From: Octopus bimaculoides
Lineage: Eukaryota
DNA length: 64,000 bases
Assembly (NCBI RefSeq): GCF_001194135.2
Contig: NC_068989.1
Coordinates: 22,467,050 to 22,531,049, forward strand
Direction of reading: 5' to 3'
The translations under genes and the position numbers were made by a program. This document shows, in pieces, positions 51,382 to 64,000 of the stretch (within the stretch, counting starts at the first letter, position 1; each line of letters starts with the position of its first letter). A model generated the notes under the pieces. That model was not told the DNA's origin. It did not search any database and saw only the letters and a program-made list of their open reading frames with translations.

Positions 51382-52260
51382 TCTGTTCTTGGTCCCCTTT
51401 TGTTTGTTACATACATTAATGACATAAATGCCAACTTAAAGAATGCTACAGTGCTGAAATATGCAGATGACATCAAGCTTATACCTCGAGATAAAAAGGA
51501 TAGGACCTGAACACCATAGATCTTTCCTGCAATTGGACATGGACACAATGCAACAATGGATCGTGGACGGGCAACTCAAGCTGGCTGTGGACAAGTGTAC
51601 CACCATGCATTTTAGGAGGAAAAACCCAGTGTCCACATACTCTCTCCACAACACTATTATCAAGAAGTCTTCTTGTGAACATAACCTGGGCGTCACTGTC
51701 AGCAGTGATTTGCGCTGGGCAAGACACATCTCGAAAATTGTCAAGAAGGTCGAGGGTGTCTTGACCTTTGTCAGCCACTCTCCAGCTATCTATTTAAGGT
51801 TGTATATGGCTATGGTGCGGCCACAATTGGAATTTGTATCATCAGTCTGGAACGTTTATCTTGCTCAGGACCTTGATCTCCTGGAAACTGTTCAGAGACG
51901 TGCAACCAAGCAAATACTCTCAATAAGGCATCTACCATACTCTGAGTGCCTTGCTTCCCTGAGCATATATACACTGAAGCTCTGACGTCTGGCAACTAAC
52001 TTGATAAACACCCAAAAAATTACTAACCATTGTGCCAACAACCACCTTGCGCAACTTTTTGAGCTCCATGTGTCTAACACACATGGGCATGCCTACAAAG
52101 TCAGAAAACAGCACAGCTCCCATTAGTTTAGGAAGCATTTTTCCACACTCAGAGTTGCTGAAGTATGGAACAAACTACCTGCATCAGTTGTTAGTTGCCG
52201 AGACATTGCATCCTTTAAAACCTCCATGCTTCCTGAAATTTGCAAACACTACACCTGATA
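51382..52260 (+). mobile_element. CR1-clade LINE 3' fragment (RT C-terminal part, frameshifted)
   Basis: SVLGPLLFVTYIND, KYADDIKL, LGVTVSSDLRW, MVRPQLEF, LETVQRRATK, RHLPYSECL and the RVAEVWNKLP-like tail. Confidence 0.92.
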
Positions 52261-53980
52261 TCCCACCTCGCTCCATATGCATGCACACATGTATATCATG
52301 ACTCATGCACTGTTCACTTTCCTGACTTTTCTACATAATTCTATGTACTGTACGTGCACATTTGATGAGTTGTAGTGCACCTGAGCACTATACACAATAA
52401 TTTCATTATTATTATTATATTATTATAAAATATAAAGATAACATATCATATTGTTTCTGAAACTGACCAACACTTTTTTCATCCAATTCAAGACAATATC
52501 AAAGATAAAATTATACTTTGTGATGTTCCACAACTAACTTTGTTACAACTAACTCTTAATGGAATGAGAAATGAAATGAAGAATGTATTTATAGATCCAA
52601 ATGAAAAAATCTTCGATCTGAAAGAGAAATAATCATAAAAACTAATATTAATACTGATGATATTAAATTATTTCAGAACCAAGCTTTTCAATATTTCATT
52701 TTATTTTCTAATTTAGTAAAAATACTTGTTAAACTATTCCAGTTTCTTAGTACAAAAAAAGAAACAAAAAAGTGCATACATGCACACACACACCACTTTT
52801 TGAAATGACTTTATGAGAAACAAACCAAGATTCAGAAGACACAGTGATGAAGGTTCTTTGTGTAAGAAATGGAAAGCTGTTCAGAGGACTGCAACATGTG
52901 ACTTAGTAAGGAGCTTAGAGTCTCCTACTAACTTATGAGTCAAGATTTTGTATATTGTCTTCAGTGCTTTTTCTGTCTCTCATTGGAAGAAATATTTAAT
53001 TTATTTATTCTACCAATGAATTAGAAATCAGACACTGAAGAAGTAGCTATTTAACCCTATATCACAATATTGACTATGAAATAGTTGAGTGATTAGACAG
53101 AGCTCACGGGCCTCATGGAGGCAAAATGGCTGAGTTCCTTTTGAGTGTTGGGCCTCATGGAGGAGAGGTGGCTGAGTTCCTTTCAAGTGGGTCTCACGGA
53201 GACAAAGTGGCCAAGTTCCTTTTGAGTGTTGGGCTTCACAGAGGCAATGACCAAGAGCTTTGGCATTATACCATGCTTGAGAAGAAGACCCACCAAGCCA
53301 AGCAAAATCGCAGTCATGGCAGATTCCAGTATCAAGCAAACGGCACCTGTGCCAGTGGCACGTAAAAGCATCTATTACACTCTCGAAGTGGTTGGTGTTA
53401 GGAAGGGCATCCAGCCATAGAAAACCATGCCAAATCATACTGGATCTTGGCACAGCCTTCCAGCCCAGTTGATCCGTCCAACCCATGCCAGCATGGACAA
53501 CAGACGTTAAATGATGATGATGATGATGACTCAGGTGTTTACATTAGTTATAAATATAAGAGAAATTTTAGTTTGATATTTGACTGTTAGCATTGGAGTG
53601 ACTTATCTGCATGTTTGCTGCTAGTTGAGTAGCTATGAATACTTATGACCTTCGTGCGAGAGGAGGAAGTAAATACTTTTAGCATACACAGTTAAAAGTA
53701 CAAAAGTTTAATTTGATAATTTAAGTTCTTTGGAGATGCTTTGCTGTCATTAGTATTGTGGTCACTTCTCATAGACAGTTCCATTTGTTTTGTTTTTTTT
53801 CTGTATCATGCTTTAATTACAATTTATACAATAAAAGACTTAGATGCATATATTACATGCAAACAAACAAGAAACCAGACTGATCATTTTGATTTAAGTT
53901 AGTTTTAAAACTTCCATTTTTTTGTGTTTTTGTAATTTATTTCTCATTATCAGTCTTGTAAACCTTTAACTCATATTCAG

Positions 53981-54187
53981 TCTACGGAGACGTTCCTCAT
54001 ACGAATGAGCTCAAAGCTGAAATCAACCTCTCACAAAATATATGTAGTTATTGACTGCACACAAACATCTTCACAATCAAAGAAGCCACAGACAAGTACA
54101 CACTTGAAAGATTAAACAAACATCCAGCATTGAGAGAACTTGCATCGACAATGGAGATATACGACTACAGATTGTTGCATACATATT
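53981..54187 (+). CDS. Candidate phase-1/phase-1 exon containing an in-frame TGA (54052-54054), possibly a TE relic
   Basis: TTCAG acceptor, GTAAGT donor, 207 nt. Reads YGDVPHTNELKAEINLSQNICSY*LHTNIFTIKEATDKYTLERLNKHPALRELASTMEIYDYRLLHTY. The antisense strand carries the CR1 motif SYEERLRRLN. Confidence 0.3.
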
Positions 54188-54585
54188 GTAAGTTAGCTGG
54201 CATTTTTTAAGTCCAGCTTCACTAGAAAAAAATGACCTCTACCTACTTCAGGTCAGATCTTTTAAGCAGCTACTCTAAGATGATTCATCTACTTGTTCAA
54301 AAATTCGTTTTTGACATAATGGTTCTTATCTTTTGAGCATCTACTCTAATTTTACTCATTCTCAGATATAAATGTTGATCTGCTGCTTAGTTTTAACTTA
54401 GTTTTTCTCAAATTTTATTTATATTTTTTTGTTGTTGTTGAAAAAAAAAAATCACGGTTAACAATTACAGTTTAAAACAAATTAAAAGAGTGAAAACAAT
54501 CAAACAAGGTTATATAATAGCTAATACTTAGATATTAACCTTCAGCAAGAAATAGATATTAGCCTTCAGCAAGAAATATGCAGAA

Positions 54586-54623
<38 letters not shown>

Positions 54624-55008
54624 AGAGTATTGTCCTCAAGAAACATTTCAAAGTAGCATATTAAAAACATAAATTGTCTTTGGATCTTTAATAAATTTAA
54701 CAATGTAAATGTCATTTGCTCTCTCTTTCTGAGTTGCAATATAAGCAATACAATTGAGATGGCTTTCAAAAGACAGCTTTTGAAATTTCAAAAAGCAGCT
54801 GATACAAAACAAACTCAATTGGAGATAAATGTTTTCCTGGGGGTGAAAAAAAAAAAAAAGTAAAGGTTGGAAAGCAAGTCTTCAACAAAAATCATTTTAA
54901 TTGTATCATTTTTTTTACATTGTCATTTGTTTACATAATAATGTTTTTGTTTATTTATTTATTTATTTATTTATCTATCATTATCATTTTATTACTATTA
55001 TTATTATT

Positions 55009-55223
55009 TAAGGCATTGAGCTGGCAGAATTGTTAGCACACTGGCTGAAATGCTTAGCAGTATTTCACCAGTCACTATGTTCTGAGTTAAAATTCAGCTG
55101 AGGTCAACTTTGCCTTTCATCCTTTCAGGGTTGATAAAATAAGTACCAGTTGCATGCTGGAGTTGATCTAATTGACTAGCCCCCTCCCCCAAAATTTCAC
55201 ACCTTGTATCTATAGTAGAAAGG

Positions 55224-55226
<3 letters not shown>
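55009..55226 (+). mobile_element. Full-length Meta/MESC-like tRNA SINE with (TAT)n tail
   Basis: Head AAGGCATTGAGCTGGCAGAA, B-box GAGTTAAAATTC, core GAGGTCAACTTTGCCTTTCATCC. Confidence 0.85.
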
Positions 55227-55259
<33 letters not shown>

Positions 55260-56004
55260 TTATTTACAAGTAAAAATAAAATGAACCTAGATGATAATTA
55301 GCAGTAGGTAACACAAAGTGTGGCCAACAGTACATATGGTTGTCATCTACTGCAGCTGACACTAGTTGGGTACTTTATGAAATATTGGCATTAATGAAAT
55401 GTTTGCACCAATTCATAAAGATCAAAATAAATGCCATCATGCATTTAGATTAAAACATTCAAGTAATTGCTCACATATTTGCTTTTGCTTTACTAACCAA
55501 ATGCCACTCAACAAAATAAAATAAAGCTACTTTAAAGTGCCTGGCACTTTGTGAACAGAGTGGTACATACAGTTCCTTGCAAACAACAGTAAATACAATA
55601 CTCCACTAAAGTACATCAGATTTTATTTGAATTTTGGTTATTTTTAACATCCGATCCTTCATTTAAATTCTACACATGCTTATGACTTAAATAAATAGTA
55701 ATGTTTAAAAGAATGTTGAGTTTAAGGAAATAAAATATATACAAACAATGGATGTGTGGTTAAGAAGTTCATGTCTCGACCTCATGGTTCTCGGTTTAGA
55801 CATTGTGTAGCATCATGGGCAACTATTTTTGATCGTCGGCCTCAAGTAGACCAAAGCCTAATGGATGATGGTTTTAGATGGACGGTGTGGAAGACTAAGC
55901 CTGTTATATAAAGGTTTCATTTGTTTTTATATATTTTTTCCACACTGGCATAGGTTAGATAAATATATCACTGAGGCAATGTTTTACAGATGGATGCCCT
56001 TCTT

Positions 56005-56234
56005 ATTTCTTTACTGCCAACAAGGGGCTACACACACAGGGGACAAACAAGGACAGACAAAGGGATTAAGTCGATTATATCGACCCCAGTGCATAACTGC
56101 TACTTATTTAATCGACCCCAAAAGGATGAAAGGCAAAGTCGACCTCGGTGGAATTTGAACTCAGAACGTAGCGGCAGACGAAATACTGCTAAGCATTTCG
56201 CCCGGCGTGCTAACGTTTCTGCCAGCTCGCCGTC
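56005..56234 (-). mobile_element. Young Meta/MESC-like SINE nested in an older repeat
   Basis: CpG-rich. 14-bp TSD TGGATGCCCTTCTT at 55991-56004 and 56235-56248. Confidence 0.9.
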
Positions 56235-58047
56235 TGGATGCCCTTCTTGTTGCTAACCCTTACTAGTTTTCCAAGTAAGAGATATCTTATTCCATACACC
56301 TTTAAAGGCACCAAACCAGCAGATAACCTACCAACAGCTGAGTAATTGTAAATACACTGAAAAGAGACATGTACATATATGCATGTTCAGTGGTATACAT
56401 GCACATACATGCATGCTCAGTGGTACACATGCACACACAGAGAAACACACACATATACACAAATACACATATGGAACCTTTATCATACACAGTGGAGTGA
56501 AGCAGTGTTGTGTGCTTGCCCACTACTTCATTTAGCATCTTCTCTACAGTCATGCTGAAGGATACCTTTGGAACATTACCAGACGGTATTTACCTTCACA
56601 CATGATCAAACAGAAAACAGCTTGGGCAGTCTCAATTCATGGTGAAAACCAAAGTACACAAAATACTCGTTGGGGACAACCAGTCTGCAGATGCAATATA
56701 GAACTGGCAACACACTCAGAGAGCCTGTTAAGCCTTCATCTTGACCATCAGTCTGTAGAAGACAAAAGTGGGGGAGGGGCCATGGGGTTAAGTCCTCTTC
56801 CACTACCGTCATCAACTGTGAGCTATAGGCAACTCAAGTGGCTGTGTGATAAGAAGCTTGCTTCCCAACCACATGCTTCCAGGTTCAGTCCCACAGTATG
56901 GCGCTTTGGGCAAGTGTCTTCTACAATAACCTCAGGCCAACAAAGCTGTGTAAATGGATTTGGTAGACAGAAACTGAAAGAAGCCCATTCATCATCATTG
57001 TAGTTTAATGTCCGCTTTCCATGCTGGCATGGGTTGGACAGTTTGACTGAGAACTGGTAAGCTGCACCAGGCTCCAATCTGATTTGGTAAGGCCTTTACA
57101 GCTGGATGCCCTTCCTAATGCCAACCACTCCGAAACTGTAGTGGATGCTTTTTACATGCCACTGGCATGGGAGCCAGACAGGCAGCACTGGCATTGACCA
57201 CGCTCGAACGGTGCTTCTTACCAGCATGGCTGCCAGTCAGGTGGTATTGGCATTGGCCACGCTTGAATGGTGCATTTTACATGCCATTGGTATTGAATCA
57301 TGGATAAACTCTTTTCCTTGAGTAAGCCAGCATTTTTGGGGTCTTACTAAGATCTGGGGTGAAGTCTCTTATGCCATAAACACTGAAATGTGGTTATTCT
57401 TACAACTGAGTTGGGTTAATGTGAGAAGAGGGATGTAATATTATTTAAATAGATATTGTGAATAATTTTTTCAATAATCTTCTTTTATTCTTGTTATAGT
57501 GATTTAGAAGCGAAGATTTTAATTGTGTTTTGAACTCCTCCAAAGTTTCATATTTCCACAGAACTATAGACTCTCATAAAACAGTATTTAGCTTGGAGAA
57601 TTTTCTAGTGCAAACATACAGATGGAGATGGAACATTTCCTTTAATAAGGCACTCATCTATAACAGTTGGCATCTGGTGCCTATTCTCTACAGGTGAAGA
57701 ATTAAATATCATTCTGACAGACATAACAAACAGAGCAGACCCTTAGATGTGGAATATGTTACTAAACATCCAATTAAAACTCAGAAACTAAATCAAGCAT
57801 GAAGAACAATTTCAGTGTTTAGATGTTGAATAGGAAAGTAATAAAAGATGCTTCACAATATGGAGAAAGAAAAATTATATTCAATATTTTGGCTATAACA
57901 AGGCCTTATAATCTAATTATGAACTGAAAAATTTGCTGCCAGAAATAAACTGTAAACAACATTAGATTATTGAATAGGTTTATAAGGGTAGACAAAGAAT
58001 TTGTCTTATATTTGTGAATGATTGTATATCTGTTAATGTTATTGCAG

Positions 58048-58081
58048 CTGATGCACCGAGCTAAGATATTCTTCACTGCAG
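58048..58081 (+). CDS. Candidate 34-nt exon (LMHRAKIFFTA)
   Basis: Strong TTATTGCAG acceptor and CAG|GTATGT donor. Only one frame is open. Confidence 0.4.
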
Positions 58082-58117
58082 GTATGTCAGTTTTTATGAA
58101 CAGTCTATTCATATATA

Positions 58118-58502
58118 TACTCTTGTACTCTTTTACTTGTTTCAGTCATTTGACTGTGGCCATGCTGGAGCACCGCCTTTAGTCGAGCAAATCGACCCCA
58201 GGACTTGTTCTTTTGTAAGCCTAGTACTTATTCTATCGGTTTCTTTTCCCGAACCGCTAAGTTACGGGGATGTAAACACACCAGCATCAGTTGTCAAGCG
58301 ATGCTNNNNNNNNNNCACACACACATATATATATATACGACAGGCTTCTCTCAGTTTCCGTCTACCAAATCCACTCACAAGGCTTTGGTCGGCCTGAGGC
58401 TATAATAGAAGACACTTGCCCAAGGTGCCATTTAGTGGGACTGAACCTGGAACCATGTAGTTGGTAAGCAAGCTACTTACCACACAGCCACTCCTACGCC
58501 TA
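58118..58502 (-). mobile_element. OR-type SINE spanning a 10-N gap in its microsatellite linker
   Basis: Reverse complement of 4091-4484. Confidence 0.9.
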
Positions 58503-59929
58503 TATATATATATATATCTCACCACCATCGTTTTAAGGTCTGTTTATCCAAGTGATATACTCTTTAAAATGATCTAATTTTCTATATCTTTCCACAATGT
58601 TATACATCTAATGATCCCTCATCACTAATTCACCAAATAATAAGACTGAAACATGCCAAGAGTTGACTCCTAGACTTGCTAGAAAATTTTAGTAATCATT
58701 AATTATTAATTCATAAATATTTGTCTTCCCCTCACCATTTAATTATTTCTAATTAGCTTTTTAAGGTTTCATTCATCATCATCATCACCATTATCATCAT
58801 CAGTTAATGTCCGTGTTTCAGGCTGGCATGGGTTGGATGATTTGACATGACCTGATCAGTCCAAGGACTATAACATACTCCAGCATCTGCGTTGGTATGG
58901 TTTCTATACTTGAATGCTTTTCCTAACGTCAATCACTTTATAGAGTGTACTGGGTACTCTTTCCATGGCATCAGCACTATTGACATCATCATGCAACTCA
59001 CAAGATTACAAACCCTGAGGTGGGAGTGGGGTCAGCTTTATGTCAAGGGATGAGGGATTCAAGTATAAGAGACAAGCAGGCAGAGAAAGTTCTTGCAGAG
59101 AAACTGCAATACTGCTCACATTTAGAAGACAGGGAAAGATTGGTCAATAAAAACTGGGAAGAGATAAATAGTGGAGATGAGATGTTCAGTCACTTGTCTC
59201 TGTAGCTATGCTAGAACAGAGCAAATGCTGGTCACCACCACCACCACCACCACCACCTTGGTGAGTGTAGTAATTCTTAATTAATTACAGCCACATACCA
59301 CTCTTTTTCTAGCAAAACAAATACTGCATACAGAGCTGTATATTTTTAACCCATGTGTTCCCATACTTTGCCATGATTTCCTCAGCAATCTCTCCCTCTC
59401 TCTCCAAAATTCGGAAACGTTTTCGCTTTGTTTTATAACGTCTGTCTTTCTCATTCTTGCCACAATTTCTTCCAGCGATAAAGTCTTTCAAATCTTTCTC
59501 TTTCTCTCTGTCTGCCTCAGTAGTGTCTTCTTACTGCTACTTCCTCAGGTGAAGCTGGCCTTACATGCCCACCCATTCCTGCCCCCACCACCTATACCAG
59601 AAATCTCTTATACTGGAAATTCCTATAGGGCTCTGCCTTGCTTTCGTACCAGAAGACATGCATACCTCCGTCACCCACCACCACCACCAATCATCCACAC
59701 TACTTCATGTGCCAAAAGATGTCTTACTTAGAAAATTAACTAACCACCTACCTCTTTCTCTCTATATATAATGGACTAACCAATAGCAACTCATTTATTT
59801 TATTTAAACATTGAGCTATTTATGTTTGTAGCAATAACGCTTATATTTACAACATTCATAACACCTATTTACAATGCTTACATTACACTCAACCCCAATA
59901 GGGGCAACAATTTTAACATGTTTGAATGG

Positions 59930-60600
59930 TAGTAGGTTCAATGAAGAGGGAACAAGGCTACTGGAGTTTTGTGATGCAAATAACCTATTGATCTGCAACA
60001 CCAACTTCAGGAAGTCAGCTAGCCACCTAACAACCTACTAATCAGGTGACTGTGTTAGCCAGATCGATTACATTCTCATCAGACAGGAGGATGCATGGTT
60101 TCTCTCAAACAGAAAGACCCTCCCCAGTGAAGAATGTACCCTACTGGTGAAGGATGTATCCCCCAGCATAGACTAGTCATTGGTAACTTTAGATTCCAGG
60201 TCAAAAGGATGTCAAGAAGCAGACCAATCTGGAAAAGAAGGATCTGGAAGCTTAAGAACCCTTCATATGGTCAGAGAGTTAGGGACATCCTAATTGAGAA
60301 AATTGATGAGAGGGAGGAGGAGCTACAGACTTGTGACATGGAGGGCAACTGGGAATTCCTGTGGGACAGCTGGCTGAGTGCCACAGACCAAATCTGTGGC
60401 TGGTGCAAAGGCCCATTCAGACCTAGGGTGACATGGTGGTGGAACAATGCTGTAGACAAGGCCATTAGAGCAATGAAACAGGTCTGGAAGAGTGGGGGTA
60501 CTAGGGAACTGTATCAGATAACCAGAAGGGAAGCTGAGAGACAGGTATATCTAGTCAAGGGAGAAGCAGAAAAGAAGAAGTTTACTTATGTTCAGCGACT
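59930..60600 (+). mobile_element. RTE-clade LINE fragment (APE endonuclease C-terminus and linker)
   Basis: NEEGTRLLEFCDANNLLICNTNFRK, SQIDYILIR, QHRLVIGNF, RRIWKLK and VTWWWNNAVDKAI. One stop and a small frameshift. Confidence 0.92.
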
Positions 60601-61156
60601 GGAAATGAACAACACTGCTTATATGAGATGGAAGCTCGTTTACATCTACTGCGCAATGTCAAAACAAGATAACATAAAGGTATATGCACACACAAAAGGG
60701 ATTTCTTTCAGCTTCAGTCTCCCAAATTCACTAACTTGGATTTGGTTGGCATGGGGCTATAATAGAAAATACCTGCTCAAAGTGCCATGCAATAGGACTG
60801 AACTTGAAATTACATGGTTAGGAAGTGAACTTAACTTCACAGCCATGCTTGTGCCTTTAGATGTACATATATACATGCATGGACAAAACAATTAATAACA
60901 AACTGTGCAGAATGCTGTATTCACTTTTTTGTATTTATCTTTGACAACAAAATTAAAGCTAATATTGCACGTAACATTATTTTATTGTGGTCGACGACCA
61001 GGCTTGTCACAGCTAAATTACTTTATTGATTTGTGGATAATATATTTTTCCATCCTACAGAAATCAAATAAAACCATCTAATCAGTTATTCTGCATTTTC
61101 ATTATTTTTGGATAAATTCATGGTTTTCTACGTATGTATATATATCCACATACATG

Positions 61157-61573
61157 CTCTTTTACTCTTTTACTCTTTTATTTGTTTCAGTCATTTGACT
61201 GTGGCCATGCTGGAGCACCACCTTTAGTCAAGCAAATCGACCCCAGGACTTATTCTTTGTAAGCCTAGTACTTATTCTATCGGTCTCTTTTGCCGAACTG
61301 CTAAGTTACGGGGACATAAACACACCTGCATCGGTTGTCAAGCGATGTTAGGGGGACAAACACAGACACGCAAACATATACACATACATACATATATATA
61401 CATATATATACGACAGGCTTCTTTCAGTTTCCGTCTACCAAATCCACTCACAAGGCTTTGGTCGGCCCGAGGCTATAGTAGAATACACTTGCCCAAGGTG
61501 CCACGCAGTGGGACTGAACCTGGAACCATGTGGTTGGTAAGCAAGCTACTTACCACAGCCACTCCTACGCCTA
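61157..61573 (-). mobile_element. OR-type SINE, full length
   Basis: Reverse complement of 41321-41719. Confidence 0.92.
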
Positions 61574-62111
61574 TAAATATATATATATTCTAACACCTTT
61601 AAAGTTTTTAATGTAGATGCTGCCACCACTAGTCAGTTACTGATGTACACAAAATGACAGCCTCATAAATTTGTCCATAAATTGAGACCGGTCCTTAGTT
61701 TAAGAACAGCACTAGATTATTTTCGATTACATTACAAAATGCACAAATGGAAAAACTTTAATGCAAAAGTTGTGACAAACATGAAATTGGTCATAGACAC
61801 TGATCAACAAACGCAGCTATATTTACGAATATTAAATACCAGCCATCATTATTCTCCTCCTATTTCCAAAATGTCAACACTCAGCAGGGTAGAAGGGTGT
61901 ATCATTAATTATAAGTATGGTTATGATTCAGCAAGTTAATGACTACCACTAACTGGGTGGATGTCTACTTGATCCAAGGCAAACACAAATGAAAGACCAC
62001 TTGGATAGGCAAGGGACACAGTTGTTTTTGTTTTCTTTTTCTCCATAGCAGGCTTCAATCTCCACAATTGCTGTCATTACAACAATTGTGGAGACTGAAA
62101 ACTTCCAGACA

Positions 62112-62487
62112 TACTCTTTACTCTTTTGTTTCTGTCATTTGACTGCAGCCATGCAGGAGCACTGACTTTATAGTCGAGCAAATCGATCCCAGAGCTTATT
62201 CTTTCTAAGCCTAGTACTTATTCTATCGGTCTCTTTTGCCGAACTGCTAAGTTACGGGGATGTAAACACATCAGCATCGGTTGTCAAGCGATGTTGGGGG
62301 GACAAACACAGACACACAAACACAAATATATACATATACATATATATGACGGGCTTCTTTTAGTTTCATAAGGCTTTGGTCAACCTGAGGCAAGAAGACA
62401 CTTGCCCAAAGTACCACGCAGTGGGACTGAACCCAGAACCATGTGGTTGGTAAGCAAGCTACTTACCACACAGCCACTCCTGTGCCT
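62112..62487 (-). mobile_element. OR-type SINE with small internal deletions
   Basis: Reverse complement of 41321-41719. Partial copies also at 17920-18070, 25255-25405, 36915-37070, 43955-44060, 55745-55900, 56825-56990 and 60700-60855. Confidence 0.88.
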
Positions 62488-62593
62488 AACATATTTTTAT
62501 CTTTTATCTTTTACTTGTTTCAGTCATGCTGGGGCACCACCTCAAAGAATTTATTTACCAATTCTATTATATCCAGATTTTGTGTACATTCAG

Positions 62594-62681
62594 ATCACTT
62601 TCTTAAGTAGTTATACCTACAAGGAACTTCAAGGATTAGTTTCTCAGGAAGTACTCCTTACTACAGGTTCAGATTCTCTTG
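62594..62681 (+). CDS. Candidate 88-nt exon (ITFLSSYTYKELQGLVSQEVLLTTGSDSL)
   Basis: TACATTCAG acceptor, G|GTATGA donor, phase 0 to 1, protein-like composition. No homology recognised. Confidence 0.45.
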
Positions 62682-63148
62682 GTATGAGAACTTCTTCCTA
62701 TAGATATATCATGGAAAGGGATAGCTAATACCAAACTGACTTATCCTAGATTAACTGTATGAATACAAATTTATTAGGAGTAACCTTGCTGTTTAGGGCA
62801 GAGAATAAACATTCTGTAGAATGATTGTCAATATTTAGATAAATATGACCGGGATAACTGATGAGCAATCTCACTAAATACAATCTTATGAGGATAGAAA
62901 TGAGTATGTGTTGGAATTTGTAGCATAGTCCTCAATTATACTGCAGACTAACATTTGTATGGAGAGGGCAGAGTTAGATCCCAAGTGTTAGGGTAATCCT
63001 TGTTGTTGTGTAGCCCCTGGCCAACCATGATCAAGCATTCCCATATTATTCCCAAATAATGACACACGACACGCACACATTTTCCACCTAATTGTAGCCT
63101 GTATTGAATCAATTTAATAGAGAAGACGAAAAAAAGAAGAAAAAAAAA

Positions 63149-63224
63149 GGTCTGCTAACAGGATCTGAACTATCCATGTGTTGCTTACCAGGCAACTGTG
63201 TTAGCAACTACACAACAGAAAACC
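63149..63224 (-). pseudogene. Decayed tRNA-like sequence (anticodon loop CTGGTAA)
   Basis: Acceptor-like GGTTTTC/GCAGACC, perfect anticodon stem GTTGC/GCAAC, B-box-like AGTTCAGATCC. T-stem is broken. Confidence 0.5.
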
Positions 63225-64000
63225 TGCCATTCCTCCTTAATTTAAGTGACATGAGTTTTTAGTGTATTTAATATCAGGCATATTATTGTATGATGATTTC
63301 AAATTTTGGTATAAGGCCAGCAATTTCAAGGGGAGGAAGCAAGTCTATTAAATCAACCCCAGTACTCAACTGGTACTTATTTTAAGGATCCCAAAACGAT
63401 GAAAGAACAAGTCAGCCTTAGTGGAATTTGAACTAAAAACATGAAAATTGCACTAAGAAAAAAGGACAAGGTAAAATTACTACCTGCTTTTATAGCAAGT
63501 TGATGCAAGTAGTTTATCCTGACTTATAGTTCATGCAATTGAAAAAAAAACCACATTATTTATGGGATGACCCAGTACAATGACCCCATATCAAGATTCT
63601 TGATTGGAGGCCCTCTCAGTCAAATTGGCTTTTTTTTTTAGGGTCTTTTTGTTTTTGCTTTTTTTTTCAGATTTGAATTAGTTTTTATAATGTCTCATCT
63701 CAGCTACAATCTTACTACTTAGAAAGCAAATACATGTGGTATTTCTGTCTATAAGTATGTACTACTGAAACAGTTTTGATGCTATAACCTTTCTTAAAAG
63801 TCACAGTTTTATTAAGAGTAGCTGTGATGACTGAATTGTGCCACAAATATGTAACAAATAGCAAAATAGCATCACAACCTTGGTTTTTTTTTTCTTTTTG
63901 TTTAAACAGCTGTAATGACTCTGATTCTGCTCAGCACAATGTGTTTGTTGCCACCGTGATACGTAAATGTTAAATGATGATGTGTGTGTATAAGTATATA

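Noticed and set aside
52860-52940. Coding-like KAVQRTATCDLVRSL segment
   Set aside because: Resembles a decayed CR1 VQRRAT motif, too short to annotate and not a host exon.
56602-57003. 133-aa ORF
   Set aside because: The 3' half is an OR-type SINE fragment and the 5' half is unrecognised. Only a weak 36-nt exon candidate remains upstream.
60134-60895. 253-aa ORF as a host gene
   Set aside because: The first part is RTE LINE and the last part reads through an antisense SINE.

Overview
AT-rich, repeat-dense animal genomic DNA from a draft scaffold with 4 N-gaps. The SINE, LINE and microsatellite content looks like a cephalopod, most likely Octopus (inferred from recalled repeat families, not searched). 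No rRNA, intact tRNA, CRISPR array or prokaryotic feature is visible. Most recognisable sequence is transposon-derived: at least 5 SINE or retroposon-tail families, fragments of RTE and CR1 LINEs, Penelope-like ends, mariner/maT/Tigger relics, and several MITEs. Three hAT MITEs keep clear 8-bp target-site duplications (TSDs). Almost all supplied ORFs are microsatellite, gap or TE artefacts. A few short segments with good splice signals suggest the window is intronic to one or two genes that I cannot identify. The most interesting signals are (i) three fold-back elements from two unrelated families with a tRNA-like cassette at the palindrome centre, (ii) two degenerate minimal hammerhead-ribozyme motifs in Penelope-like ends, and (iii) a frame-symmetric candidate exon with an in-frame TGA in a C-x-x-TGA context, which may instead be an antisense CR1 relic. 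All coordinates were read by eye; element edges without TIR/TSD support are approximate.
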